From contig NW_003314330.1 in the NCBI RefSeq assembly GCF_000143415.4, positions 836,089 through 900,088 of the forward strand: a stretch of 64,000 nucleotides of DNA, read 5' to 3'. The translations under genes and the position numbers were made by a program. This DNA comes from Selaginella moellendorffii. Lineage: Eukaryota; Plantae; Lycopodiophyta. Shown here piece by piece: positions 1 to 11,828 of this stretch. Position 1 is the first letter of the stretch; each line of letters begins with the position of its first letter. Under the pieces are notes generated by a model. That model was not told where the DNA came from. It was given only the letters and a program-made list of their open reading frames with translations, and ran no database searches.

Positions 1-226
1 CATATGGCGCAAACTAAAAATCCTGGGACTGGATAAGGAAGCTCAACTTTGGACAGACACAATGGATGCCTTCTTGGAAGAGGACTAAGAACCCACATGC
101 ATGTAGGCGCACAAGCAAGGAGCTCAACAACAAAAAGAGAACACGCCTAGGCTTGGACTTGGGGCAAAGTCAGAGTCAACAACTAGGCAGAGTCCCGTCA
201 AAGAGGCAGATTAGGCACAAACCCTG

Positions 227-1960
227 GTGGAAGGAAATGGCAATAACATGGAGAGCCTAGAGCCCAGCCAAGTGGTGACGCTAGATTCCATGGTGGGGAA
301 CAAGAAGGTAGCTAGAGATGACAAAGAAGCCCATACAAAAACAAAAGGAGCAGTCCAATTGGTTAAGTTGGCAGTGACAATGCAAAAGGTGGTGGCAGAG
401 AGAGAAGAAGAGCTCCATAGGAAGGCTTTGATCACAATCTTTAGAGGCAGGTTTCCCACGAAACACATGGCAAATGACTGGATCAATACTACATTGGGAT
501 AGGGGATCCTCATTAAAAACATACTTCCATAGGGGAAGGAATACTACATGATTGTGTTTGACACAAAAGAAGCTTGGATCCAGGTTGAAGCCATGCATGG
601 ATTTATTGACAAGAATTGGGTGTGTCATTCTAGCCCTGGATCCCAAGGTTCACTGCGGAGGACTAGGCTCGTCTTAAGGGTGTGACTTTTCCTATAAACA
701 TTGCCTTGTGGGACGCCCCTATAGAGATGCAAGTTAGAATGGTGGTGAAAGAGTTGGTTGATAGTAGTATAGGCCAAGTCACTGTTGGTTTGGAGACAGT
801 GGATGTAGATGGTGTTCTTGGCCCCATTTGCCTCAAAGTGTTCATCTAGGCCCCGTTGGAGATCTTGATGGAAATAACAGTCCTGGGACAATAGATCAGG
901 ATCCAAACAAAGAGTTCATAACCAAGATGTAGCTTCTGCCAGAGGCTAGGACATTGGGAGGAGGCATGTTCAGTTAAGAGAGACAGGTTGGTTATGTAGC
1001 ATCCATTTGAACTCCTAGAGAACCAGGAAAAGGTGCTGCCACCTAATTGGGCACCTCATATAAGGTTCCTCGTGGCCCCACCTCTCTCGAGACTAGCCAC
1101 TTAGTCTAAACTTTTTGAAGGACTGATCATGGGGGCTGATAGTGACGATTTTTAGCTGGTCCTCCCCCGTACCATTGGTATGGCAGTCAGATGGATCCCG
1201 CCTAAGCAGGAACTCAGTTCCATAGAAGATGGAGATTGGATGATGTGCTGAGGAACATCATTTTCCTGGACGTTATCACCCTTGGAGACTATCAAACACA
1301 CATGAAGAGTGCCATCATTGAATGGATAGGATTCACAAATTACACCATGTGTGGATTTTAATAGGCAAAGTATAAAGGGAAGATGATTGTAGTGTGGACA
1401 ATTTCTATAGAATGGAGGGCTAGACCTTGCAACACCATATTTTCCTGGAAGTATGTGTTTGAATGATGACACTCATAGTCATCACTCATCACATGGAAAT
1501 GTTGAGGACTCAGCTTGATAGATAGCAAGATCAACAAGCATGTACAACTCAGATCCCATGTCTGGGAGCTTGGAATGGAAGGGAAGATTGACATTTTGTG
1601 CCTACAAGAGCACAAAATGATGGAGGCCCTAGACTTCAATCTGGGAATGCAAGGGAGGCTCTAGTGGATAGTTCAGGTAGTCATTAGGCTAAGAGGTGGC
1701 ACAGCATTCATTGTGTCAACACGATGGTCGGCTCAAGTGGGGAACCATGTCATCCTGGTTCTTGGTAAAGCACAATTGCTAGTGCTACACCTTCACTTTG
1801 GACGTGTGGGGATAATCAATTTTTATGCATTGATGAGGAAGAAAAACTAGGCCAAATTCTTGACGAACATCTTGCAGTCGGCCCAAGGACAAGTGGATGA
1901 ATGGCTGGTCCTAGGAGACTTCAACATGGTTGAGGATGTGTGCAACCACAGGGGAATGTA
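227..1960 (+). mobile_element. Degenerate L1-like LINE (ORF1 zinc knuckle + start of ORF2 AP-endonuclease)
   Basis: 928-969 translates CSFCQRLGHWEEAC (CX2CX4HX4C knuckle); ~1581-1619 gives GKIDILCLQEHKM and ~1902-1931 gives WLVLGDFNMV (APE motifs); many stops and frameshifts. Confidence 0.8.
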
Positions 1961-3270
1961 GGAAACCATTCAAGGTTGAGAGAACAAACGTTAAATCTCA
2001 CAGCAGATGCCTCTGCCAACAGTAGCAAGTGCGGGGAGATTGCACACTCTCCCTTATGCACTCTTCTCCTTCTGGCCATGCCTTTGATCATGGCAGCCAT
2101 GGCATTGGATGCTGCACTCCTCCTTATCCTAAGACGCCAATCATTTTTTTTTAGGTCCTAGTGCTTGGGTTTGAGTCCCAACCCACTAAGGCGTAGTGAT
2201 GGTTTGGAATATGAAGACATTTCAATGGTTATGAACTCTCAATAAAAAAGTTGGCTTGGGCACACCACCAAGTGGGGGATGCCCCGAAGTCGTGATGCAT
2301 GGTTAGTATCTTGAGTGTGCATGTTCAACATATCTAACTTAAACACTCTAGTGCAAGTGGCACCAAGGACATAGTGAGATAGGGATACCCAATCTCGAAC
2401 CTTTGGCTAGAAAGGCTAACTTGGGTACACTACTAAGTGTGAACAATGCCCTTAGGGTTGTGAATTTAAAGGGTAAGTAAATCTAGTATTTATTGATAAA
2501 CCTATTAAGATGTTTATATGGGATCACTAGATGATTTTATATTTAGCTAATCAAGGATAAGTTCCTAGTTGAGTTAAGGAACAAAGTTCCTAGATCAAAA
2601 TAGTGATTTGAACAAGTGGTATAATGTAACTTAGTCAAAAGGACCAAATGGGAAAAATACCTAGATAAAATGATATGTGACAATATAATGGTATTGTGAG
2701 TCTAATAAAGTAGTCTCCAAATAAAAATTTATAAGAGGGTCATAAGATTAAGCTATAGATAGTGCTTATAGCAGAAAATGTTGGTGAGATTTACTAAGGG
2801 TGAATCTCATGAACTTAGCAAAATAGAGCCTTTGCTATGAAACAAAAAAATACCTCAAAGATAGAATAGTGATCCTAAGTTGCTCAATACAACAATCAAA
2901 AAATATGAGAAAGGCTAAAAAAGGGGCCTTGGAAATTACTTGAGGGAATCTAACTAATATGGTTGGAGAATTGGGTGGTTTCGGACTACCAATGAGACAA
3001 AGGCAAATAAATATAGCCTTAGCATAATATGTTAAGATATTGGTAATACCTTTGGATGTTTAAATTGAGATTGAACACATGGAGCACTTGGACTAAATGT
3101 GAAGCCAGTATTGTCTTAAAATCATATATGGAGGTAAGTAAGTACCCTAAGGCGGATGAGAACTTATAAAGGTTGTGAGTGAGACTCCTCCAAGATGTCA
3201 AAGATATGACTAAAGTAAAATAAAAAATTTAATCACTTATACCAGAATAAAAATTTTACTTAGTTTTAGT

Positions 3271-3840
3271 TGTAAGCTACTAAAGAAAACAATCCATAAG
3301 GGTTTAAATACAAAGGGAAAAGACTTATGAACAATAATGCACTCTTTTTTCCAATTAGTTAAGAGTTTTGGGATATTTAGGGTTAAGTGTCCTTAGGTTT
3401 GGATAGTATTTGGGTTAGATGAGTCCAAACTTAAAAATTTATATTTAGTATTAGAGTGGTCTCAAGTTCGACTATGTTAATTGGTTAAGGGAATCATACT
3501 ATATATTAAAATTAACATCTAGCAGATTCAATTTACTTCTGTTAGACTCAACCTAAAGAGTAAGGTGTTAAGAGAGTGGGGCTCTAAAAAAAGATGTGGT
3601 TTTCAACTTCCATTCCGAGGGTGTGAACTTGCAAAAAAGCATAATAAATTGTAGGCAACTAAAAAGAATAACTTAAAATACAATCTATAAAGATTCAAAT
3701 ATAAAGGGAAAAGCCCTATGAATAAAATGCACCTCATTTTCCAATTGATTAAATATTTTGGGATATTTAAAGTTAAATGTCCTTGGGTTTTAATACTAAG
3801 TTGGGTGACCTCCCAAAAAGTCTAAATTGAGAAGTTTACA
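3271..3840 (+). mobile_element. Degenerate Cassandra-like TRIM (two LTRs with 5S rRNA-like segment)
   Basis: Direct repeats ~3271-3443 and ~3650-3840; second contains gttaaatgtccttgggttt...ttgggtgacctcccaaaaagtc (5S-like); decayed PBS tagtattagag after the first repeat; internal part collinear with 52946-53140. Confidence 0.7.
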
Positions 3841-4288
3841 TTACCTCATTTAGGAGATTGAATGGTTAATACATCCAAATATGGTGTAAACAACTAAAAA
3901 TAATTTAAAAGCAATGACTTTTTGGTGTATAATGATCATTTCTAGAAATTTCCCTATGATTTATAGATGTTCTGAAGTGCTTTAGAGTGCTAGGTGCAGA
4001 GATCTCTCGCAGGCCATAGATGCCTACACTAGAAATATCTAAAATACAGAGCTAGTAACTGGAGCAATAATTCAAAGAGCAAACAAAAAGTGTAGAGCAA
4101 TGAAGTAAAGGGAGAGTTTTTGAGGAAGTTGCTAATTGGCAACACAAAGCCCTATAAGGACAAGTTTGACTATTGCTTTGTTGTATAGCATATACCAAGC
4201 ATTAGAAATAGAAGCAAGCAAGATGTAATTAACCATCTTGATAGTTAGTTTGGCTTTAACAACATATAAAATATTATATTCTTCTTAG

Positions 4289-5234
4289 TTTTTGAATTGT
4301 TGCATCCATCATCTCAATTCACAATGTCCTAGTGGTTATAAATGTAAGAAATATGTTTGCAAAAGAACATGCTTTCCAGGTAAGTTTTTATTTTTATCTT
4401 AAATTTAAGTAATTTTTCAACAGGTGATGCAGTATTACAACTTTATAATGGAAATAAAAAACAAATGAGAAATATCTCTATAGGAGATAAGGTTTTCACT
4501 TAAAATCATTTTCATCTTTTTGTATATAATATTAAATTTTAAGTTCTTTTATAGGTTGCAGTTCGAACTAAAAATGGTGAAGTACATTATTCTGATATAT
4601 ATGCTTTTGGGCATCAAGATTATGATACTTATGAGAATTTTATTCATATTGATATTGAAAATAATAAAAGTATTGAATTATCCCCTTTTCATTTTATACC
4701 AATAGTATCAAAAACAGGTAAATGTGATGTAAATAAAATTTTAAATTACTCAATTAAATTTTAGGCTCAATCATCTATAAGTATGCTGATGATATTACTA
4801 AAAATGATTTATTACTATCTTTAGATGAAATTTTGGGAAAAGTTCTAACTTATAATATAACTGGTAAGTAATATAAGTAAGTATTTTAACTCAATATTTT
4901 TACTTTTATAGGTTTTTATACTTTAAAAAAGCATGGACTTTATAACCCATTTACACTATTTGGGGATTTAATTGTTAATGATATTATTGTATCACCTCAT
5001 AGTGATTGGTTTTTAGATGATTTATTTAATTTTTTTAAGCTAAGTTACATATTACCTTATGTATATCATATTATCTTATTTCCTATTCAAGTTTTATACA
5101 TGAATTTAAATTATAAAGTTTATCTTTATTTGTATAAATATTTTACAAGGAACACATTAATGATTAACCATATAATTGAAGTGGGAATATTATGGACATT
5201 TATCTATAAAATAAAACATTTCATTAAAGAATAA
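4289..5234 (+). pseudogene. Hog (Hint + SRR-like) gene copy A; exons 2-5 open, exon 1 lacks in-frame ATG
   Basis: Exons ?-4379, 4424-4491, 4555-4717, 4765-4863, 4912-5234 with GT-AG introns; translates ..NSQCPSGYKCKKYVCKRT|CFPGDAVLQLYNGNKKQMRNISIGDKV..ELSPFHF..GLYNPFTLFGDLIVNDIIVSPHS..; in-frame TAG at 4286-4288. Confidence 0.8.
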
Positions 5235-5427
5235 TATTTTGGCATTGTGAGTGCTTTGAACAGCATAAGAATACTCAAAATTATATAAATAAATTTGACT
5301 ATAATAAAAATTTATTACTTTGAATAAAACAAATAATTAAAAGTCAATATTTTAAAACTTAATCTATATTTTTAGGGCAAAAGCCTCTATTAAAAATGTA
5401 GTTATCTAACTAACCATTTTGTTGGAG

Positions 5428-6766
5428 ATGGTGTTGCCGGCTGCAATCGTGTGCCTATTCTTCGTGGTCCTTGTGCTTGCCATTTGCAACCAACAAGGAC
5501 ACCCAGTGCTCTTCCCGGTTGTAGCCAACACAAGAGCAGCGAGCTCGGTAAGAAAAGCAGCACTTCCAAGAGATCAACACACCGGTAGTGATTTGGATCA
5601 ACAAGCTCACCTAGAAGACGACTTCTTCTCACTTGCCCCGGACATCAGTGAGAAGAATCACACTCACTTCCCAGCAGTAGCAGGCAAGAACGTTGATCGT
5701 GAGCGTCAGGATCGAGTGACACCATCACCAGCAGCAACACCATTAACAGCACCACCATCTCCAATGCTAGCAGTAACACCATCGCCACTGCTATCGCCAG
5801 CGTGGGAAGGAAACGATCACATTAGCAACTTCTCCTGGAAGCAAGACAATGACGATGGCGACAATCAGACATCTCTCGAGTCCACCCTCATGTCGGCATC
5901 CGTGGAGAACAAGACCATCCTCATCACCGAGCTCAACAAAGCATGGGCCGTGGGGGGAATGTTCGACTTGTTTTTGCGCAGCTTCCACACCGGCGAAGGA
6001 ATCCTCCACCTCTTGGATCACCTCCTCGTTGCCACGCTCGACCGGGAGGCATCCGCCGTGTGCAAATCCAAGCGCCTTCATTGCTTCCGCCTGAAAACCC
6101 CCGGGCTGGATCTCTCCACGGAGAGCAATTACAACACCCCAAACTATCTCGAGACCAACAAGCTCAAGATCCAGTTCCTGGGCGATGTTCTCAAGCTTGG
6201 ATACAACTTCCTCTACACAGTAAGAGAGAGATATTCTTCGATCTTTGATCCACCACCTTTCTCCTTGACGTGCACAGGACGCTGATATACTCTGGTTTCG
6301 CGCTCCATTCCAGCACTTCTCGCGAGAATCCGACCTCGACGTCTCTTGCAACCACGATTTCAATGGAAACTCGTCCGACATTGCAAACCACATCAACACG
6401 GGCATCCTCCATGTTCGATCAAACCAGCGGACCATCAAGCTCTTCGACCTGTGGTTCGAGCAGCAGGGAACTTCCCCGGACAAGAACGACCAGGACGTGT
6501 TCGAGGCCATGAAAGAGACGCCTGATTTTGCGAGCATTGGATTGAAGCTCAAGTACATCCCAACCGAGTACTTGAGCGGCTACTGCCACATGAACACCGA
6601 CTTTGAGAAGATTTGCGCCATTCACGCCATCTGCTGCATTAGTCAAGAAGTAAAGCTCGCCGCTCTCAAGCAATCTCTAGAAGATTGGCTCCTGTACAAA
6701 ACCATCACTCCCCAGGAGAGTAGAGAGATTGATTTCCAATTTACCGTCCCAGAGTGCTCGATGTAG
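5428..6766 (+). CDS. Nucleotide-diphospho-sugar transferase family (GT77-like) type II membrane protein, 2 exons
   Basis: N-terminal TM, Pro/Ser stem, NKTILITELNKAW..MFDLFLRSF; exons 5428-6219 and 6278-6766 join to YTDADILWFR (DxD motif); HAICC near C-terminus. Confidence 0.85.
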
Positions 6767-7058
6767 ATAGCAGCTGTGATGAAAAAAAGAGAGAGAGAAG
6801 ACAACACACTGTTCTCGATCTAAATTTACGAAAAACACTCACCTGTGTAGCCTTTCGTGATTGCAAACCAAAAGCAAAAGGTTTACCTCAAACCTCCGGC
6901 ATGGCAACAGTCAAAACTGTCTCGTTTATATAAAAAAAAAACTGTAGCATGCAGTTGGCATTTCTTTCGCAAGATATCCTGCCAAACAGAACAATTCAGT
7001 CAAGGTTTCAAAGCAAAGAACGCAATGAATTCGTGGGAGAAGAAATCCACCTTGAGAC

Positions 7059-8090
7059 TTATTTGTTGCAAAACTCCCGACTAGAAACGTTGGTGCCATC
7101 TACGAGAGGAACGCGTTGATCCGGACGTAGAATGCTCCAGTTGGGAGAAGCTGCCGCACGAAGCCACCGGAAGTCGTCCACTTTCTCCCACAATCCAGTC
7201 TCCTCGGCCAAGTTCGCTGCCTTGAGATGATCCTCAATCCCTTGGTAGTGGAAAGCGTAGGGAGCAAACCGGACTCCACTAACATGCTCCACGATCGGGC
7301 GACTCCGGACCCGGAGATAAAAATCCGTGTTGGTGGTGGAGTGGATTCTAATCTGGTGGGACGCGAGCATGAAAATGCAGCTGTCGATCTCCTCCAGAAG
7401 AATGGATCCCGTGACTGCGCTCACGTAGACATGGCAGTTCTTGAGCTTGTGGAAGAACATGGCGCGGAAGATCCCCCTCAAGAACACCGTGCAGTGCGTC
7501 AAGTTGGAGAGCGTCACCTCTGTCTCGCTGGATTCACCCGAGTCGTGGACGATGGTGGAGTTCTTGGCGTCGCGAATGGAGTGGAGGTTGGCAGCTCGAT
7601 CAGGCATGAACGATGGAGTCTCATCTTCTTCTTCCTCGTTTTTCACCGCTGGTGGCGTTACCGTTTCTTTCGGTGACGAGGAAGTGTTCTTGGCCCGGAA
7701 GGAGAATTTCTTCTTGGGGATGACCTCCGCGATGGCGCTCTCGAGCGATTGCTTGAGCCTGTCCACCACCGATCGAGAGCTCTGGACGTCGTAAGGCGGG
7801 AGGAAGTAGCTCGCATCCGACACCATCTTGTCCATGGCCGCGAGCTGGATCGCGACGGCATCCATGTCGGCCTTGCCGGATGCGCTGCCGGACTGGCGGA
7901 TGCGACTGAGCGATTCCTCCACGATCTTGCGCTGCTCGTCGAAGGCGCCCTGGAACGCACCTGTGGATTCCAGTGGATTCGCGGATGCCGCTGCGTCGTG
8001 GCGCCGGGCCTCCGCCTGGCGCGCCCGCTCGCTGTCCAGTGCCGCCAATCTCTCCAGCATTGCGGCATAGCGCCCATCCTTGGCCTCCAT
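7059..8090 (-). CDS. TBCC: Tubulin-folding cofactor C
   Basis: 343-aa single ORF; LPPYD..PKKKFSF N-domain and C-CAP domain with ASHQIRIH..SRPIVE..VDDFRWL..SPNW. Confidence 0.92.
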   Translation of the reverse strand: MEAKDGRYAAMLERLAALDSERARQAEARRHDAAASANPLESTGAFQGAFDEQRKIVEESLSRIRQSGSASGKADMDAVAIQLAAMDKMVSDASYFLPPYDVQSSRSVVDRLKQSLESAIAEVIPKKKFSFRAKNTSSSPKETVTPPAVKNEEEEDETPSFMPDRAANLHSIRDAKNSTIVHDSGESSETEVTLSNLTHCTVFLRGIFRAMFFHKLKNCHVYVSAVTGSILLEEIDSCIFMLASHQIRIHSTTNTDFYLRVRSRPIVEHVSGVRFAPYAFHYQGIEDHLKAANLAEETGLWEKVDDFRWLRAAASPNWSILRPDQRVPLVDGTNVSSREFCNK

Positions 8091-8226
8091 CGCTAGGGTA
8101 TTTGCTAGTTTGCAAGAGGCCTAGGAGATGGATTGGAATTCCAGGGCCATCGAGGAGATGGATCGGGATTCCAGGTATTGCGTGAAATCCAGCTACTAGA
8201 CAGCGAGCTAGAATGCGTCGCCAAGA

Positions 8227-10359
8227 ATGGCCGGGGTGGGAAGAACAGGAAATTCATCCAAGAACAGGGAGATAGTTGTGAGATTCCAAGACGCTGGATC
8301 CAAGCCCAGCGTGGCGCTCATCCTCGCGGCTCTCAAGGCATGCAGCAAATCCAGGAATGAGAAACTGGGTAGAGAGATCCACGCCGCGGCTCGCGAGAGT
8401 GGATTCATGGCGAATTCTTTCGTGGTGAGCTCTCTCATCGACATGTACGCCAAGTGTGGGAGGATGGCCGACGCGAGCACTGTCTTCCACGGGATGGAGA
8501 TACACAGCATTGTCTCGTGGAATTCCCTCATCCTTGGCTACGCCGAGAATCACCAGCCAGAGAGAGCGCTCCAGCTCTACGATCGAATGCTGCGAGAGGA
8601 AAGCTTGGCTCCAAATCACGTCACGGATCTCGCTGCTCTCAAGGCCTGCGTGGTTCTCGCCAGGGAAGAAGACCCGCAGATCATCCATGGCCAGCCAGTG
8701 AGGATGAAAACTCTGGAGATAGTGATGAGGATCCACTCTCGAGCTGCTAGAGCTGGATCAAGCGGGCAAGAAGAACTCCACATCTTCCTCGCCAACTTTT
8801 TGGTGGACGTTTACTCGAGGTGTGGCAGCGCGGGTGATTCTCGACGAGTTTTCGATCGGATCCAACACCGCAGCGTGGTTTCCTGGACCTCGATGATTCT
8901 CGGCTATGCTGACAACCATCGCGGAGAGCTGGGCTTGGAGCTCTTCGAAGAGATGTGTCGCGCCGGCTGCTCGCAAAACCAAGTAACTTTCATCGCTGCG
9001 TTGAAAGCCTGCTCGAGCATGGCGGAGAGAGATCCCGGCGCGCTCGTCCACGGCAAGCTTGTCAAGCTCCAGGCCTTGGAAACTGGGATGAGTCTCCACT
9101 CTCGAGCCGAAGCAGCGGGACTTTCCGAGGACTCGGTGGTGGCCAACACTTTGATCGACATGTACGCGAAGTGTGGAAGCATGGAGGATTCACGCAGAGT
9201 TTTCGACGCCACGCCGAGGAAGTGTGTCATCTCCTGGACCGGGACGATCATGGGGTATGCTCTAAACGGTGACGGCGAGGTAGCTCTCGAGTTCTTCCGG
9301 CAAATGGACGATCATCAGTGCCAGCCGAATTACGTCACAGTTCTCGCTGCGATCAAGGCCTGTGTGTCTTTGGCGGAGAATGAGGCCGGGACGATGATCT
9401 TGGGCAGGATGGTGAAGACGAGTTCGTTGGAGATCGGACGAACTCTACACCGGCAAGCTCGAGAAAACGGTCACGAGAAAGAGATCTTCGTCGTCAACGC
9501 TCTCATCGACATGTACTCCAAGTGTGGCAGCCTCGAGGACGCGTTTACGATGTTTTGGAGCATCCATAGGCGAGATTCGGTATCTTGGAGCTCGATCATC
9601 CAGGCCTGTGCTGACAATGGCGAGGACGAGCAAGCGCTCCATCTCTTCTCGACGATCCAGCGAGAGAAGAAAGTTGTGAGCCCCGCGATCTTTGTGGCGG
9701 CTCTAAAGTCCTGTGGAAATCTGGGAGCTCTCGAGCGCGGAAGAGCTCTCGAGCTAGAAATAACAAACGCGGGCCTCGCGAGAAATCTCATGGTGGCAAA
9801 CTCTCTCGTTGGGGTGTACGGTCGGTGTGGCAGTACGGCCGACGCCCAGCGCGTGTTCGATTCCCTTCCGCCCCACTGCCGCGACCTGGTGACGTGGAAT
9901 GCTCTCGTGGACGCGTACGGCCGCCACGGCGACACGGCCCAAGTAATGTCCATGTTTCACGCGATGCAGCACAGCCACGACCGTACGCTGTGGCCAAATT
10001 CCGTAACCTTCTTGCTTGCCTTGAGCGCTTGCTGCCATGCTGGCCTTGTGGACGAGGGCAAGACGCTCCTGGCCGCGATGATTCAAGAGAATCGAGTGAT
10101 TCCGTCGATCAAGCACTATACCTGCGTAATCGACCTGCTGGGCCGAGCTAATCGCCTGGACGAGGCCGTGGAATTGGTGGAGCGATTGCCCTTCGAGGCG
10201 GATGCGGTGATTTGGACGAGTTTGATGGATGCCGCGCACAAATTTGGGGACGATCGCGTTGGAAGGAAAGCATTCGATGCCGTGGCGAAGCTGGAGGCGC
10301 GATCGGCAGCGTACGTGATGATGTCCAACATCGTAGGAGCGGCAGCGCAAGAGCCCTAA
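8227..10359 (+). CDS. PLS-class PPR protein with E domain
   Basis: 710-aa ORF; repeated SLIDMYAKCG/VSWNSLI motifs; ends KHYTCVIDLLGRA..LPFEADAVIW..AAYVMMSNI; no DYW domain. Confidence 0.9.
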   Translation: MAGVGRTGNSSKNREIVVRFQDAGSKPSVALILAALKACSKSRNEKLGREIHAAARESGFMANSFVVSSLIDMYAKCGRMADASTVFHGMEIHSIVSWNSLILGYAENHQPERALQLYDRMLREESLAPNHVTDLAALKACVVLAREEDPQIIHGQPVRMKTLEIVMRIHSRAARAGSSGQEELHIFLANFLVDVYSRCGSAGDSRRVFDRIQHRSVVSWTSMILGYADNHRGELGLELFEEMCRAGCSQNQVTFIAALKACSSMAERDPGALVHGKLVKLQALETGMSLHSRAEAAGLSEDSVVANTLIDMYAKCGSMEDSRRVFDATPRKCVISWTGTIMGYALNGDGEVALEFFRQMDDHQCQPNYVTVLAAIKACVSLAENEAGTMILGRMVKTSSLEIGRTLHRQARENGHEKEIFVVNALIDMYSKCGSLEDAFTMFWSIHRRDSVSWSSIIQACADNGEDEQALHLFSTIQREKKVVSPAIFVAALKSCGNLGALERGRALELEITNAGLARNLMVANSLVGVYGRCGSTADAQRVFDSLPPHCRDLVTWNALVDAYGRHGDTAQVMSMFHAMQHSHDRTLWPNSVTFLLALSACCHAGLVDEGKTLLAAMIQENRVIPSIKHYTCVIDLLGRANRLDEAVELVERLPFEADAVIWTSLMDAAHKFGDDRVGRKAFDAVAKLEARSAAYVMMSNIVGAAAQEP

Positions 10360-10473
10360 ACAAGCTCTGTTTTCCCGCTCGGGTTTGAATTTTAGGGTGG
10401 ATATTCTGGCCGTTAGATTGGCGGGGATCCAAGGGTGATAACATCCCAGGGTTTTAGAAGCGTCTAGAGAGAA

Positions 10474-11664
10474 ATGGCTGCAGCTATGGCGCCCTCGTCG
10501 TTGATCGCCGCGAGGTCTTCCGCAATTCAGCTCAATGCGCCTTCCACGTCCACAAAAGTAAGCATTTTTATTGATTTATCGCTCTTTGGCTTCTGGAGCA
10601 TTCATAGATCTGCTTTTCTTGATTTTACTGAGCTACATTCTACAAACTATGCTAGAAATCAAAATTTTGTTCGCTTTCTTTGCTAGTTCTTAGAGTTTTT
10701 CTTTTCGTATTTTTTCAGCTTGTCTCGAGGAACTGGACAGGCCTTCGCATGGAAGCCGGAAGTTCGTTGTCTGTGAAAATTTCATCGTCCCAAGCTACGA
10801 GGATTAGGAGTGGTTCTGTGCAAGTTAGAGCAGGAGTTACTGCAACAGCACCATCAAAGGTGAGAGAATTTTGTCAAAACTTCCTCTTTTTTAAAATACC
10901 TTTGGGTTTTTGCAGTTCAAGACTCTAAAACCTCTTGGAGATCGAGTGCTCGTCAAGATCCAAAAAGCAAATGAAACAACACCGGGTGGAATTTTACTGC
11001 CAGTGACATCACAAACCAAGCCTCAGGGTGGAGAAGTTGTAGCAGTCGGATCGGGCAAGACCATTGCCGACAAGAAAATCGATCCTTGTGTCTCGGTAAA
11101 ATGTTTTCGTTCGTGTTGCTGGTTTGTAACTGTGATCACAGATTGGTGACATGGTTGTCTACTCCAAGTACGCTGGAACCGAGGTCCAATTCGATGATGC
11201 CGAGCACGTCTTGCTCAAGGAGGACGACCTCATTGGTTTCTTGTCGACCGACGATATCAAAGACTTGAAGCCACTCAACGAGAGAGTCTTGATCAAGGTA
11301 TGGAAGAACTTTTGGTATTTAAACCGCTAGAGCCTTTTTCTGTTCCTTCTTTACAGATAGCTGAGGCCGAGGACAAGACGTCCGGAGGTATCATCCTCAC
11401 CGAAAATGCCAAAGAGAAGCCCGTCACTGGCACGGTACCAAACTGTCGTTTATCTTCTAGCTGGGGATTGATGCGAGCTTGTGTGTTTAGGCTGTCGCCG
11501 TTGGATCTGGAGCTTTCGGAGAGGATGGGGTGAAAAAGCCGCTAGATATTGCTCCAGGGAACTCGGTCATGTATTCCAAGTATGCTGGAAACGAGTTTAA
11601 GAGCAAAGACGGGAGCCAGTATGTTGTGATCCGTGCATCGGACATTCTCGCAGTTTTGCCATAG
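10474..11664 (+). CDS. CPN20: Chloroplast co-chaperonin CPN20 (two GroES domains), ~6 exons
   Basis: Transit peptide; [23 protein letters not shown] and a second [16 protein letters not shown]; ends [14 protein letters not shown]. Confidence 0.92.
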
Positions 11665-11828
11665 TTTGCTCCAAGGATTGAAACAAAAACCAATCAATTT
11701 TATTCTCGGAAAAAAAACAACTAGAATCAAGAGGTAAAAGTCTTGTTCCATTTACAAGAATGCTAGATCTTCGTCTACGTAAATACACCCGAAACAGTAG
11801 CAAAATAGGAATATATCGATGGCTTCCA

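Noticed and set aside
2200-3270. Probable decayed transposon sequence with short imperfect repeats
   Set aside because: Too degenerate to assign a class or boundaries by eye
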